DNA of 64,000 bases from Kiritimatiellia bacterium (GTDB taxonomy: Bacteria; Verrucomicrobiota; Kiritimatiellia; RFP12; UBA1067), in NCBI GenBank assembly GCA_050949565.1, contig JBMNFY010000017.1, positions 576,001 to 640,000 on the forward strand, read 5' to 3'. Positions within the stretch are counted from its first letter, which is position 1, and each line of letters begins with the position of its first letter. This document shows, one piece after another, positions 1 through 9,967 of the stretch. The notes beneath the pieces are model-generated. The model saw nothing but the letters and a program-made list of their open reading frames with translations. It was not told the DNA's origin and did not search any database. Position numbers and translations under genes: made by a program.

Positions 1-581
1 AAGGGCACTCCGAAGCGCGTGCAGGTATGGGCGATGGCACCACCCTCCATGTCGACGCACGCCACGCTGTCCTGAAAACGCGCGCGAATCTGGTCAAGCT
101 GCTGCTGCGAGTGAATGAACGAATCTGAGGAACCCAACAGGCCATGGTGGCAGACCGGCGGCGAGGGCTGCTCGGCCAACACGTCTCTGAAGCACGCGAG
201 CAATGCGGGCGCAACGCGGAAACGCGGCTCGCTGCCGAGCATCTGCCCAAAGGCCAGCCCAAGCGGCGTCAAGTCCACATCGGTGTAGACGATCTCTTCA
301 GGCACGAGCAGGTCTAGAATATGCTGGCCGGCCTGCAAGCCGCCGGCCGTACCGGTATTGATCACGCATCCCGGCGCAAAGTCCGACAGCAACAGGGCGA
401 GTGTGCAGGCGGCGTTGACCTTGCCGACGCCGGTCTGTGCAATCACCAGCTCCTGGTTGCCGTGGTGGGCGTGAAACAGCCGCGTGTTGAAGTGTACGCA
501 TGTTTCGTGTTGTGGAAAACACGCCAGCAGCGCCTCCACTTCCTCCTCCATCGCGGCCACGAGGGCAATCGGTTTCTTCAT
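1..581 (-). CDS. mtnN: 5'-methylthioadenosine/S-adenosylhomocysteine nucleosidase (partial, runs off window start)
   Basis: Manual translation from ATG at 581: MKKPIALVAAMEEEV...TGVGKVNAA...VINTGTAGG...VDMEGGAIAHTC. Absent from the ORF track because it has no stop in the window. Confidence 0.9.
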   Translation of the reverse strand, partial: MKKPIALVAAMEEEVEALLACFPQHETCVHFNTRLFHAHHGNQELVIAQTGVGKVNAACTLALLLSDFAPGCVINTGTAGGLQAGQHILDLLVPEEIVYTDVDLTPLGLAFGQMLGSEPRFRVAPALLACFRDVLAEQPSPPVCHHGLLGSSDSFIHSQQQLDQIRARFQDSVACVDMEGGAIAHTCTRFGVP

Positions 582-612
582 GCGCTTAGTTTCGTATGAT
601 CAGCGCCGGACG

Positions 613-1518
613 TCAACCCCGGGTATCGATGAACGCCGCCATGTCGTCGGTGAGGTTTTTCCAATCGGCACACAGAGGAATCACATGCCCGGTCTCGGGC
701 AGGTCGCGAACCGACGTCGGCCCTTTGCAAGCGGTAAGCCAGTGCTGTGCGGCGGCGGTATCGACAACCGAATCCCGCGCGGCGGTCACCGCAAAAACCG
801 GGCAGGTGAGCTGGGCGGCGCGCGGGCGGTTTTCGCTGACCAACTTAAAGAGTGCGCGGTAGACGCAGAAGGGAATGAAACGGTCGCGCGCGTATGTGAA
901 GGCGGGATCGTCCTCGGCAACCCCGCGCACAGAAAAGGGCGATTCAAACATCGGCGAGAGGCAGAGCGCAACGCGCGCGATCGCGAACCAGACATGCGGC
1001 GGCAATAGCGGACATCGCTTGCGCGACACTTCGATAAGCGGAGCAAAGAGTGCCACGCCGTTCACCAGATCCGGCAAGCGCAACGCCGCATCCAGCGCGA
1101 GCGCACCGCCCAACGAATGGCCGACGACCCACACGGTTTCATGCGTCTCGCGTAACTGCACCAGGTCGTCGGTCACCTGCGCACGCCAGACTTCCAGCGA
1201 TTGGCGGCGGGCACGCGCGACCGGCTCGGCACTGCCGGGCAGGCGCATGGCACGGCAGGTGAAGCCCCCGCCTTCCGCCAGACGGTGTGTGATACGTCGC
1301 CAGATGTAGGGCGTGTCCGCAAAGCCATGGATAAAGAGCAACGCCACGGAGCCGTCGCCGACCTGATAGGCCGCGGCACCCGGCAACAGACCGTCCGGAT
1401 CGCGGTTCGCGTGTTTTTCCCAAGCCCGGTGGCGCAGCCCCACCCAGAGCCGATGGAGCAGATTCGTGCCGAGCCAAGCCGCAACAATGACCAACAGAGT
1501 GAAGAGCAGTGAACCCAT
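613..1518 (-). CDS. alpha/beta hydrolase (carboxylesterase-like) with N-terminal membrane anchor
   Basis: HGF and GHSLGG motifs, D and GH near the C-terminus. Start trimmed to MGSLLF to avoid overlap with the PHP gene. Confidence 0.85.
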   Translation of the reverse strand: MGSLLFTLLVIVAAWLGTNLLHRLWVGLRHRAWEKHANRDPDGLLPGAAAYQVGDGSVALLFIHGFADTPYIWRRITHRLAEGGGFTCRAMRLPGSAEPVARARRQSLEVWRAQVTDDLVQLRETHETVWVVGHSLGGALALDAALRLPDLVNGVALFAPLIEVSRKRCPLLPPHVWFAIARVALCLSPMFESPFSVRGVAEDDPAFTYARDRFIPFCVYRALFKLVSENRPRAAQLTCPVFAVTAARDSVVDTAAAQHWLTACKGPTSVRDLPETGHVIPLCADWKNLTDDMAAFIDTRG

Positions 1519-1566
1519 GGTGGCCAGTTTATCTTCACACCCGGCCTCGGCGCAACACAAAAGGGG

Positions 1567-1596
1567 TTTACCTCCCGAGGGGGAACAGTCTACACT
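1567..1596 (+). promoter_or_regulatory. putative sigma70 promoter, likely leaderless PHP transcript
   Basis: TTTACC-18nt-TACACT, with ATG 6 nt downstream and no SD. Confidence 0.5.
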
Positions 1597-1602
1597 CTCG
1601 GT

Positions 1603-2301
1603 ATGTTTGCGTTCGACCTCCATATTCACTCCTGTCTCTCTCCGTGCGGCGATCTTGATGCGTCACCGCGCGCGATCGTGCAGGCTGCCAAGGCCGTTGG
1701 GCTGAATGGCATCATGCTGGCCGACCACAATTCGTCGCGCAACTGCCCGGCGCTAGCGGAAGCTTGTCGGCGCGCGGAACTGAATTGCCTGTTCGGGCTG
1801 GAGGTCACCTCGGCGGAGGAAGTTCACGCACTGGCGGTTTTCGATACGCTGGAACAAGCGGCGGCAATGACCGAGATCTGCTATGCCGCGCTACCCAAGC
1901 GAGTGAATCAGCCCGAGGTGTTCGGCTATCAGGCGGTAGTAGATGCCGACGACAACGTAGAAGAGTTGGAGTGGCGGCTGCTGAGCGCACCGACCCGCCT
2001 GACGTTACGTGAGGTGGGTAAACACATCCATGAACTGGGCGGTCTCTTCATTGCGGCGCATATCGACCGCGCAGTATTCAGCGTGACCTCGCAACTCGGC
2101 GGCCTCTTCGGTGATGAGGGCTTCGATGCAGTGGAGCTGACCCGATACGCAAATCTGGAGGAGTGGCGCGATAAGACGCTCGGGCTGCCGGTGATCCGCT
2201 CATCCGATGCCCACCATCCCGACGCCATCGGCATCATCTGGAGCGAGGCCGACCTTTCGGTTTTTTCGACACAGGCATTGAAAGCGGCATGGGGTTGTTA
2301 G
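1603..2301 (+). CDS. PHP domain metal-dependent phosphoesterase
   Basis: DLHIHS, ADHN, GLEV, AHIDR, SSDAH motifs. Confidence 0.9.
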   Translation: MFAFDLHIHSCLSPCGDLDASPRAIVQAAKAVGLNGIMLADHNSSRNCPALAEACRRAELNCLFGLEVTSAEEVHALAVFDTLEQAAAMTEICYAALPKRVNQPEVFGYQAVVDADDNVEELEWRLLSAPTRLTLREVGKHIHELGGLFIAAHIDRAVFSVTSQLGGLFGDEGFDAVELTRYANLEEWRDKTLGLPVIRSSDAHHPDAIGIIWSEADLSVFSTQALKAAWGC

Positions 2302-2368
2302 TTCATTAGTGCATTAGTGTTACCGTGGATTTGAGCGTTGAAAGTTGAACGTTGAGCGTTGAGCGTTT
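2298..2368. repeat. intergenic repeat modules: CATTAGT octamer-type repeat plus (TTGAGCG)-type heptamer run
   Basis: gttcattagtgcattagtg, then ttgagcgttgaaagttgaacgttgagcgttgagcg. The same modules recur at 7850, 29065, 33980 and 56197. Confidence 0.8.
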
Positions 2369-2417
2369 CTCTGCTTCCCCCCGCGCCTAACAATTTGCTA
2401 GACTAGCGTCATTAAAC

Positions 2418-3755
2418 GTGAGTGAAGCGTTTCCATATTTGACGGCGGCGGTCCTGAGCGACACCGGTTGCCGCCGCGAAAACAACGAAGACGCGGCGGT
2501 GAGCCTGCTGCAGTGCGGTGTCTTCGCGGTGGCCGACGGCATGGGTGGCGCGGCGGCTGGTGAGGTCGCCAGCCAATGTACCGTAGAGGCTATCCACACT
2601 GCCTTTACGCAATCGCCGGACGCACCGTTCGCGCTGACCGCCGAGTCCTCGGCATGGTTGCTGACACGCGCGGTCAACGACGCCAGCCGAGCAATCAAGG
2701 CCTATGCGGCGGACCACGGTTTCGCGGGATCAGGCACGACTGTCGTGGTGCTGGTGTTCGATCGTGCCACGCCCACGCGGGCCTGTGTGCTGCATGCTGG
2801 CGACAGCCGCGCCTATCGTTTCCGCGATGGCCTGTTGAGCCAGTTGACCGCTGACCATTCGCTGGCGGCTGCGGCCGGCGTTACCGTGGAAGAGAGCCTG
2901 CCCATGCGCTTCCGCGGGGTCATCACGCGGGCGGTCGGTCTGGCGCCGGACGTCGAACTGGAGCGGACATCACTCGCCGTGCGACCGAACGACCTGTATC
3001 TGCTCTGCACGGACGGCCTTTCGAAGATGGTGTCCGACCCGCAACTTGCAGCCTTGTTGGTCCGCGAGGGTGACCGGCCCTTAGAGGAATTGGCGCAGAC
3101 GCTGATCGACCACGCGCTACAGGCCGGCGGCGAGGATAACGTCTCGGTGCTACTGGTCCGCGTAGCGAATCATTTGCCGCCGGCCACGAACACACCCCTG
3201 CCGCGTCAAACCCGCTTGTTTGAAAAAGAGCTTCGGTCTCAATCCATGGAGGACGCTCCGTTGCATGACATCATCCGAAAATGCCTCAGCCACGATGCAC
3301 ACCCGCTGGTGCAATTCATCAAATACGGAATCGTCGGCGGTATGGCGACAGGCGTACACATCATCACCTTTTTCCTGTGTGGCTGGTTTCTGCTGCCGTG
3401 CCTGACGCAAGACGATATTGTTGTCCGGTTGCTGGGGTTGACCGCGCCCGAACTCACCCAGTCCGTACGCGCTTGGAATGCCGGCTTCTGCAACGCAATC
3501 GGCTTCGTCCTGTCGAACACCTTCTGCTATCTGCTCAACCGTCTGTTCGTCTTCAAGCCCGGCCGCCACCACTGGATCATAGAATTCCTGCTTTTCTTTG
3601 CGGTCTCCGGCATCAGCATGGTATTGGGCACCGCGATCCAGACCTTCCTGATCACGCAGTCGGGGATCCAGACGACCCTCGCCTTTGGCGCCAACATTAT
3701 CTGCGCACTGTTCATCAACTACGCGATGCGCAAGTTCGTGATCTTCAAAGGCTGA
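2418..3755 (+). CDS. PP2C-family Ser/Thr phosphatase fused to a C-terminal GtrA-like 4-TM domain
   Basis: RRENNED, VADGMGG, HAGDSRAY, LCTDGL, GGEDNVS, followed by QFIKYGIVGG...YLLNRLFVFK...RKFVIFK. Confidence 0.85.
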   Translation: MSEAFPYLTAAVLSDTGCRRENNEDAAVSLLQCGVFAVADGMGGAAAGEVASQCTVEAIHTAFTQSPDAPFALTAESSAWLLTRAVNDASRAIKAYAADHGFAGSGTTVVVLVFDRATPTRACVLHAGDSRAYRFRDGLLSQLTADHSLAAAAGVTVEESLPMRFRGVITRAVGLAPDVELERTSLAVRPNDLYLLCTDGLSKMVSDPQLAALLVREGDRPLEELAQTLIDHALQAGGEDNVSVLLVRVANHLPPATNTPLPRQTRLFEKELRSQSMEDAPLHDIIRKCLSHDAHPLVQFIKYGIVGGMATGVHIITFFLCGWFLLPCLTQDDIVVRLLGLTAPELTQSVRAWNAGFCNAIGFVLSNTFCYLLNRLFVFKPGRHHWIIEFLLFFAVSGISMVLGTAIQTFLITQSGIQTTLAFGANIICALFINYAMRKFVIFKG

Positions 3756-3764
3756 TCGTCCGCA

Positions 3765-6032
3765 CTACATCAGGCTGAGCGCGTCAACATCGATCGCCAG
3801 TGTGACATCGGCTGTCGGTCGTAGATTGGCCAGCAACGCACGCAGCGGGCGTGTTATGGCGTACACGGTCGGTGCGCGTAGCAAAAGCTGATAGCGGTAG
3901 TGATCCTTAGCTTTGGCGAGCGGCGCCGGACAGGCTTCGGAAAGCTTTACGGAGGCATCGGCCAGCGCACGCCGCAACTCACGCTCGACGCTCTCGGCCA
4001 CGAACCTCACCTTGGTTTCGTCGGGACCTTTGAAGGTGACGCACACCAGGCGCGTGTAGGGCGGATAGCCGCCGGATTTGCGCTCAGCCAATTCGACCGC
4101 CGCGAACGGCGCGAAACCTTCGTCGGAAGCGGCCGCCTGCACGGCCGGATGGTCAGGCGAGAAGGTCTGCACATAGACCTCGCCCGGCAGTTCGGCGCGT
4201 CCCGCACGCCCCGAAACCTGCGCCAACAACTGATAGGTGCGTTCCGCCGCGCGGAAATCCGGCATGTGCAGACTGGTGTCGGCCACCAGCACGCCGACCA
4301 GCGTAACATTGGGGAAGTCGAGTCCCTTGGCGATCATCTGCGTACCGATCAAGATATCCGCGCGCCCGCTCTTGAAGGTCGCCAACAGTTCGTCGTGACT
4401 GTTCTTACGCGTCGTCACATCCGCATCCATGCGCAGCAACCGCGCCTGCGGGAGACAGCGCTTGAGGGCGCTCTCCACCCGCTGCGTGCCGAAGCCGGAG
4501 AACTTGAACGCCGGGTCACCGCATTCCGGGCACACATCGGGCGGCGGTCGCCAGCCACCGCAGATGTGGCAACGCAGGCAGGTGTCGGCCTGATGATAGG
4601 TATAGGCTACACTGCACGAGGGGCACTCGGCCACCGCGCCGCATTGGGGGCAGATCAGCGAGGTAGCATAGCCACGGCGGTTGAGAAAAAGGATCGACTG
4701 CTCGCCACGCTCCAGACGCAACTTGAGCGCCTCCAGCAGGACATCGGAGAAGATCTGGACATGGCCGGTCTTGGCGGTCTCGACGCGCATATCAACGATA
4801 TGCACGCACGGCATAGGACGCCCCGCCACGCGCTGCGTCAGATGCGCCGCAACATACTTGCCCTTTTCGACATTGAGCCAGCTCTCCATCGCGGGCGTGG
4901 CACTGCCGAGCACCACAGCGCAACGCTCCATCCATCCGCGCATCACCGCCACGTCACGCGCATTGTAGCGCGGTGCCTCATCCTGCTTGTACGAGGGTTC
5001 GTGCTCCTCGTCCACCACGATCAGTCCCAGATTCTGAACTGGCGCAAAAACGGCTGAGCGCGGCCCCACCACCACCGCCGCCTCACCGTTGCGGATGCGA
5101 TGCCACTCGTCATAACGTTCGCCGTCGCTCAAAGCGCTATGCAGTACCGCAATGCGCGCGCCAAACCGCGAGGCGAAACGCTGCACAGTCTGCGGCGTGA
5201 GGGCGATTTCAGGCACCAGCACAATCGCGCCCAATCCGCGCTGCAACACGTGAGCAATCGCCTGCAGATAGACCTCAGTCTTGCCAGAACCAGTCACACC
5301 GAAGAGCAGCACCGGCTTGGGTGGCAAGTCGGGAGCGCGGGCGTCCCCGCCCGCGTCAACCGCCGCAATGATCAGTTTGAGGGCGGCGGCTTGCTCGGGC
5401 ATAAGCGGCAGGGGACGCGTAGGCAGTATGGTGCGGTTGGCGAGCGGGTCACGCCGCATCTGGCGCGCCTCGATCACGGCGGCTCCCTTTTCGGCCAGCG
5501 TCTTGAGCGTCTGTGCCGTGCAGGCAAACTCGCGTGTCAGGCCATACAGCCAACCGCCGCCCACGCGGCGCAGGTTGGCGAGCAGCTCCGCTTGGCGCGG
5601 CGTGAGGTCGAAGTCTCCCTCACACGGTGTGACATAGAGGCGTTCTTTGGGCTTGACTGTACGGCTGCGTACGGCGGCGGGAAGCATGCAGCGCAGCGCC
5701 AATTCGAAGGTCGTGCAGGTGTAATCGGCCATCCAGCGCGCCAACTCCAGCAACACCGGCGAAAGAAACGGCGTCTCATCCTCAATCGCAAGGATCGTGC
5801 GCAGCCGCCGGGCGGCGGGAAGGCTAGGCAGATCGGACTGATTGAAGAGATCAGGAACAGCGGGAGCCGCAGGTGTCTCTGCTGCAAGTTCCACCACATA
5901 GGCTGAGAGCGTGCGGCCACCAAAAGGCACACGCACGCGCTGCCCTACGGCCAGACGCGGTGCCAACTCGTCCGGCACCCGGTAGTCGAAGAGTTGTCCG
6001 ACGGAGACTTCTGTGGCCACGCGCGCGATCAT
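3765..6032 (-). CDS. priA: primosomal protein N' (replication restart helicase)
   Basis: GVTGSGKT, DEEHE, SATP, Cys-rich zinc region, GTQMIAKGLDFP, QVSGRAGR. Confidence 0.97.
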   Translation of the reverse strand: MIARVATEVSVGQLFDYRVPDELAPRLAVGQRVRVPFGGRTLSAYVVELAAETPAAPAVPDLFNQSDLPSLPAARRLRTILAIEDETPFLSPVLLELARWMADYTCTTFELALRCMLPAAVRSRTVKPKERLYVTPCEGDFDLTPRQAELLANLRRVGGGWLYGLTREFACTAQTLKTLAEKGAAVIEARQMRRDPLANRTILPTRPLPLMPEQAAALKLIIAAVDAGGDARAPDLPPKPVLLFGVTGSGKTEVYLQAIAHVLQRGLGAIVLVPEIALTPQTVQRFASRFGARIAVLHSALSDGERYDEWHRIRNGEAAVVVGPRSAVFAPVQNLGLIVVDEEHEPSYKQDEAPRYNARDVAVMRGWMERCAVVLGSATPAMESWLNVEKGKYVAAHLTQRVAGRPMPCVHIVDMRVETAKTGHVQIFSDVLLEALKLRLERGEQSILFLNRRGYATSLICPQCGAVAECPSCSVAYTYHQADTCLRCHICGGWRPPPDVCPECGDPAFKFSGFGTQRVESALKRCLPQARLLRMDADVTTRKNSHDELLATFKSGRADILIGTQMIAKGLDFPNVTLVGVLVADTSLHMPDFRAAERTYQLLAQVSGRAGRAELPGEVYVQTFSPDHPAVQAAASDEGFAPFAAVELAERKSGGYPPYTRLVCVTFKGPDETKVRFVAESVERELRRALADASVKLSEACPAPLAKAKDHYRYQLLLRAPTVYAITRPLRALLANLRPTADVTLAIDVDALSLM

Positions 6033-6048
6033 AAACAGGGTTTTCCCC

Positions 6049-6076
6049 AAAAAAAAGGGAGCGGCGAACCGCTCCC
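6049..6076 (-). terminator. Rho-independent terminator of the pilin-like gene
   Basis: Minus strand GGGAGCGG-TTCG-CCGCTCCC followed by T8. Confidence 0.85.
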
Positions 6077-6105
6077 TCTTCTCAAAAGTCCTACCAACGT
6101 CAGCC

Positions 6106-6867
6106 TTATTTTCCTGCCGAAACGCTGGACTTGGGAGTCAGATACTTCATCTGCGCAGACTGCGACTGCAGGGTTGTGTCAAACTGCTGGTTGTTATAGA
6201 CAACGCGCAGGTCACGATAACGCGAACGGCCCTTGAAGATCGCGCCGCCCTTGCGCACCATCACGAAGCCCTTGTCCGAAAACGGCTTGGGATCAGACGT
6301 GGAGAAGCTGATCTTGGTGGTCGCCTTCGAATCGTCGTATTTCGCGACCAGCGTGCTGGCGTCCACGTTACGCGTCACCAGAATCGGGATGATATCCGCC
6401 CACTCGTCACGCATGTTGCAGATGATCGTCCACATGTTGTACTGCTCTTCCAGCTTGTTTTTGCCGCAGGAAGGAATGCCCGCACCAGCCAGCTTGGAGT
6501 AGTCGAAACCCTCAGCAACCGGGCTCCACTCTTGCGTGCCCAGATTATCTTCGTCATAAATATAGGCAAAGTACTTGGTACTGTCGGACGATGCTGCCTT
6601 ACGCTTCGTGTCATCTTCGGAGAGGTCACCAGAGGCATCCGACATCTCATCCGGCCAGACACTGCCCAAACCCAGCGGCTCGCGCTCCATGTTTGCGGAA
6701 GTGATCGCCACAAAGATGTCTTTGCCGCGGGTGCCGACGGCCGCCATGTTGGCGGACATCACCGCATTGCCGATCGCGGGGAAAAGCGCTGCGGAAAGAA
6801 TGCCGAGAATCCCGATTACAACGAGCAACTCGACGAGGGTGAAACCTTGGTTTTTATGCATAGTCAT
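6106..6867 (-). CDS. type IV pilin-like / T2SS pseudopilin protein
   Basis: Class III signal G|FTLVELLVVIGILGIL with E5; SD AAGGAG. Confidence 0.9.
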   Translation of the reverse strand: MTMHKNQGFTLVELLVVIGILGILSAALFPAIGNAVMSANMAAVGTRGKDIFVAITSANMEREPLGLGSVWPDEMSDASGDLSEDDTKRKAASSDSTKYFAYIYDEDNLGTQEWSPVAEGFDYSKLAGAGIPSCGKNKLEEQYNMWTIICNMRDEWADIIPILVTRNVDASTLVAKYDDSKATTKISFSTSDPKPFSDKGFVMVRKGGAIFKGRSRYRDLRVVYNNQQFDTTLQSQSAQMKYLTPKSSVSAGK

Positions 6868-6926
6868 TTCCGTCTCCTTCACGCAGCCGATTCACGGACT
6901 GCCTTAAATCGATTACAGATACACGT

Positions 6927-6955
6927 ATTATGCCACTCACCCGCAAGGAGGTCAA
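6927..6955 (-). promoter_or_regulatory. near-consensus sigma70 promoter of the pilin-like gene
   Basis: TTGACC-17nt-CATAAT with an extended -10 TG. Confidence 0.7.
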
Positions 6956-7806
6956 GTGCAGGAGCATTTTTTTTTGACTAATTTTTTGACTGCCGCTGCA
7001 ATCAGGTAGGCGACAATCGCGAATTCGACGATTGTCGCGCCAGGCGGCCAGCCGGGGCCATAGCTGGATGCCAATCCCATCAGGCTGACACCCGCCCCGA
7101 TACCGACAGCCACCACCATCATCCGGTCGAGGCGCCGCGTGAGCAGACCGGCCGTCGCCGCCGGCAAGGTCAGTAGCGCGACGGCCAGCAAAATCCCTGC
7201 CACGCGCACCAGTAGCACCACGGTCAAGGCGGTCATCACGTAGTAGATCACCTCGTAGGGCATCGTAGCAACGCCACGCAAACGAGCCAGATCGGCGTTG
7301 AAGGCAATCGCCAAAAAGCGGTTGTAACAGACGGCCATGACCGCGATCAGCAGAAGATCGGCAACCAGCATCCAAAGCAAATCCGCATCAGAAACCAACA
7401 GGATCGACCCGAACAGATAACTCATCAGATCATCCTGATAGCCCGGTGTCGCGGCCACGCAGGAGACGCCCAGTGCCATGCCGCCGGTCCAGACCGCACT
7501 CAGGACGGTGTCAGAACGGTGTCGGCCACGCCGCGTCAGCCAGACAAGCAACAGGGCGGCCGCGACGGCCGCCAACGTCGCGCCGGCCATGGGCGGCAGC
7601 CAACCGATCCCGAACCGCCGCTCCAGCAGGCGCGCTGCTCCCAATCCGGCCAACACGCTATGGGAAACCGCTCCGGCCAGATAGGTTGAGCGTCGCACGA
7701 CTACCAAGCTACCCGTCACGCCCGCCGCGACCGCCGCGAGCAGGGCCGCCACAACGGCGTTGCGGAGGAAGGGATACTCCCAAAGGTCTTGGAAAAAGTG
7801 AAGCAT
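6952..7806 (-). CDS. Zn/Mn ABC transporter permease (ABC-3/ZnuB family)
   Basis: Polytopic; AVSHSVLAG, YLFGSIL, FNADLARLRG, LLTLPAA motifs. Confidence 0.9.
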   Translation of the reverse strand: MLHFFQDLWEYPFLRNAVVAALLAAVAAGVTGSLVVVRRSTYLAGAVSHSVLAGLGAARLLERRFGIGWLPPMAGATLAAVAAALLLVWLTRRGRHRSDTVLSAVWTGGMALGVSCVAATPGYQDDLMSYLFGSILLVSDADLLWMLVADLLLIAVMAVCYNRFLAIAFNADLARLRGVATMPYEVIYYVMTALTVVLLVRVAGILLAVALLTLPAATAGLLTRRLDRMMVVAVGIGAGVSLMGLASSYGPGWPPGATIVEFAIVAYLIAAAVKKLVKKKCSCT

Positions 7807-7823
7807 CGAGAGATTCGATTGGG

Positions 7824-8174
7824 TCTAACGCGGGCGGAGCCCGCAACCCAAGTTCATTAGTTAATTAGTTTGTCCGGGAGCGCACTGCCCCAAAAAACCT
7901 TCGTGCCTCTGTGAGAGAAAAACAGAACCATGAAACACATGAAACTTCATGAAAATTGAAGCCTTTCCTTTGCGTTCTCTGCGTTCTTTGCGGCCATTTA
8001 TGTAGCCATGCCTATTCGATTCGCGACAATTCGCATCATTCGCGGTTAAAAATCCGTCGCCATGCCACCCAAAAACATCTGCGTAATCTGTCATCTGTGG
8101 ATGTAAAAAACCGAGCCATGCCCCAAAAACCTCTGCGTCTCTGCGCCTCTGCGTTAAACAAACAATTTGTTTTT
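7824..8174 (-). repeat. composite linker/9-mer-unit intergenic array downstream of serS
   Basis: Reverse complement is colinear with 28735-29125; linker ccgagccatgcccc at 8111 with variants near 8054, 8003 and 7882. Confidence 0.85.
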
Positions 8175-8200
8175 GCGCTTGCCGAGCCGTAAGGCACTCA

Positions 8201-9490
8201 TCAATCGGCTTGCTTTGCCTGCGGCTCCAGCCGCTTCAGACCGCGCAGGTAGGGATGCAGCGCCTCGGGCAGCAGTACCGATCCGTCGGCCTGCTGACAC
8301 TGTTCGAGGATCGCGATGATCAGCCGCGGCAAGGCCACGCCCGAACCGTTGAGGGTATGTACCAAACGCGTCTTACCGCTAGCGTCGCGGTAGCGGCAGT
8401 TCAGACGGCGCGCCTGAAAATCCTCGAAGTTGGAGCAAGAAGAGACTTCCAGCCACCCCTGCTGACCCGGTGCCCACAGTTCAATGTCATAGCACTTGGC
8501 AGCCGAGAAGCTGATGTCACCCGAGCAGAGTTCCAACACACGGTAGTGCAGACCCAGGCTGGTGAGCACTTCTTCAGCATTCGCCACCAGCGTCTCCAAC
8601 TCGTCGTAGGAGGTCTCCGGCTCTACGAACTTGACCATCTCGACCTTGTCGAACTGATGCACGCGCAGGATGCCGCGCGTCTCTTTGCCGGCCGAACCGG
8701 CCTCACGCCGGAAACAGGGGGTGTAGGCGGTGAGATAGATCGGCAACGGACGATCGAGAATCTCGTCGCGGAAGTAATTTGTGACCGGCACCTCGGCGGT
8801 CGGAATCAGCCAAAGGTCATCGACCTCGCAGTGGTACATGTCATCAGCCATTTTCGGAATCTGGCCGGTGCCGCGCATCGAGGCGCTGTTGACGATGAAG
8901 GGCGGCAGCATTTCGGTGTAGCCGTGGCGTTCAGTGTGCATGTCCAGCATGTACTGAATCAGCGCGCGCTGAAGTCTGGAACCCGCGCCCAGCATCAACG
9001 GGAAGCCCGACCCGGTGATCTTAGCACCGCGCGGCAGATCGAAGAGTCCGAGCCGCTCGCCAAGCACGATGTGGTCCAACGGCTTGAAGTCGAATGTCGG
9101 CGGCTCGCCCACGATCCGGACGACGCGGTTGGCTGAGGCGTCCGGACCGGTCGGGATGGTCGCGCACGGCACGTTGGGGATCAACAGCATGGCCGCTTCG
9201 AGGTCGGACTCGATCTCACGGAGCTGCGTGTCGAGCGCCGTGATCTGATCGCCGATCGCGCGCACATCGGCCTGCACCGCTGCGGTGTCTTGACCGGCTT
9301 TCTTCAGAGTACCGATCTCTTTAGACCGGCTGTTGCGCAACGTCTTCAACTCGTCGGCCTTCGTGACCAAGACGCGCCGTTGCGCGTCCAGATCACGCGC
9401 ACGCTCGGCCCATTCGAGCGACGCTCCACGCCGCTGCAAGCCCTCGGTCACTTCGTCGAAATTCTCGCGGATCCGCTTGATGTCTAACAT
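8201..9490 (-). CDS. serS: serine--tRNA ligase
   Basis: MLDIKRIRE, LIPTAEVP, CFRREAGS, RVHQFDKVE, EVSSCSN, HTLNGSG. Confidence 0.98.
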   Translation of the reverse strand: MLDIKRIRENFDEVTEGLQRRGASLEWAERARDLDAQRRVLVTKADELKTLRNSRSKEIGTLKKAGQDTAAVQADVRAIGDQITALDTQLREIESDLEAAMLLIPNVPCATIPTGPDASANRVVRIVGEPPTFDFKPLDHIVLGERLGLFDLPRGAKITGSGFPLMLGAGSRLQRALIQYMLDMHTERHGYTEMLPPFIVNSASMRGTGQIPKMADDMYHCEVDDLWLIPTAEVPVTNYFRDEILDRPLPIYLTAYTPCFRREAGSAGKETRGILRVHQFDKVEMVKFVEPETSYDELETLVANAEEVLTSLGLHYRVLELCSGDISFSAAKCYDIELWAPGQQGWLEVSSCSNFEDFQARRLNCRYRDASGKTRLVHTLNGSGVALPRLIIAILEQCQQADGSVLLPEALHPYLRGLKRLEPQAKQAD

Positions 9491-9556
9491 GGCATACCCT
9501 CAAAGGTTAATGAAACGTAGAGAGGATAACCCTTTTAGACGGCGATGCGCAAGCCT

Positions 9557-9967
9557 CTACGTTTTAATAAACGCTTGTGGCAGCAACGCACCCACGGTAG
9601 TCGCAACGCTCCGTCCGCCGGTGAGACGCGCATAAAAGACCGGCATGTCCGGTGCGCAGAACTCCGCCAGCACCTGACGGCAGGCTCCGCACGGCGCGGC
9701 AGGTGTCTGGTCGCCCCCCACCACCGCCAATGCCGCAAATTCGCGCACGCCGTCGCTGACTGCCTTGACGAGAGCCGTGCGCTCCGCGCAAAGGGTCAGG
9801 CCGAACGAGACGTTCTCGACATTGCAGCCGGTGATGATCTGTCCTTCGCGCGTCAACAACGCCGCCCCCACCGGATAGTTCGAGTAAGGGCAATAAGCAT
9901 GCGCCGCCGCCTCACGCGCCGCCGCGATTAAATTCCGCCGTATACGAGCGTCCACAGTCACAGTCAT
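9557..9967 (-). CDS. cdd: cytidine deaminase
   Basis: AYCPYS, GCNVEN, CAER, PCGACRQ. Confidence 0.95.
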   Translation of the reverse strand: MTVTVDARIRRNLIAAAREAAAHAYCPYSNYPVGAALLTREGQIITGCNVENVSFGLTLCAERTALVKAVSDGVREFAALAVVGGDQTPAAPCGACRQVLAEFCAPDMPVFYARLTGGRSVATTVGALLPQAFIKT

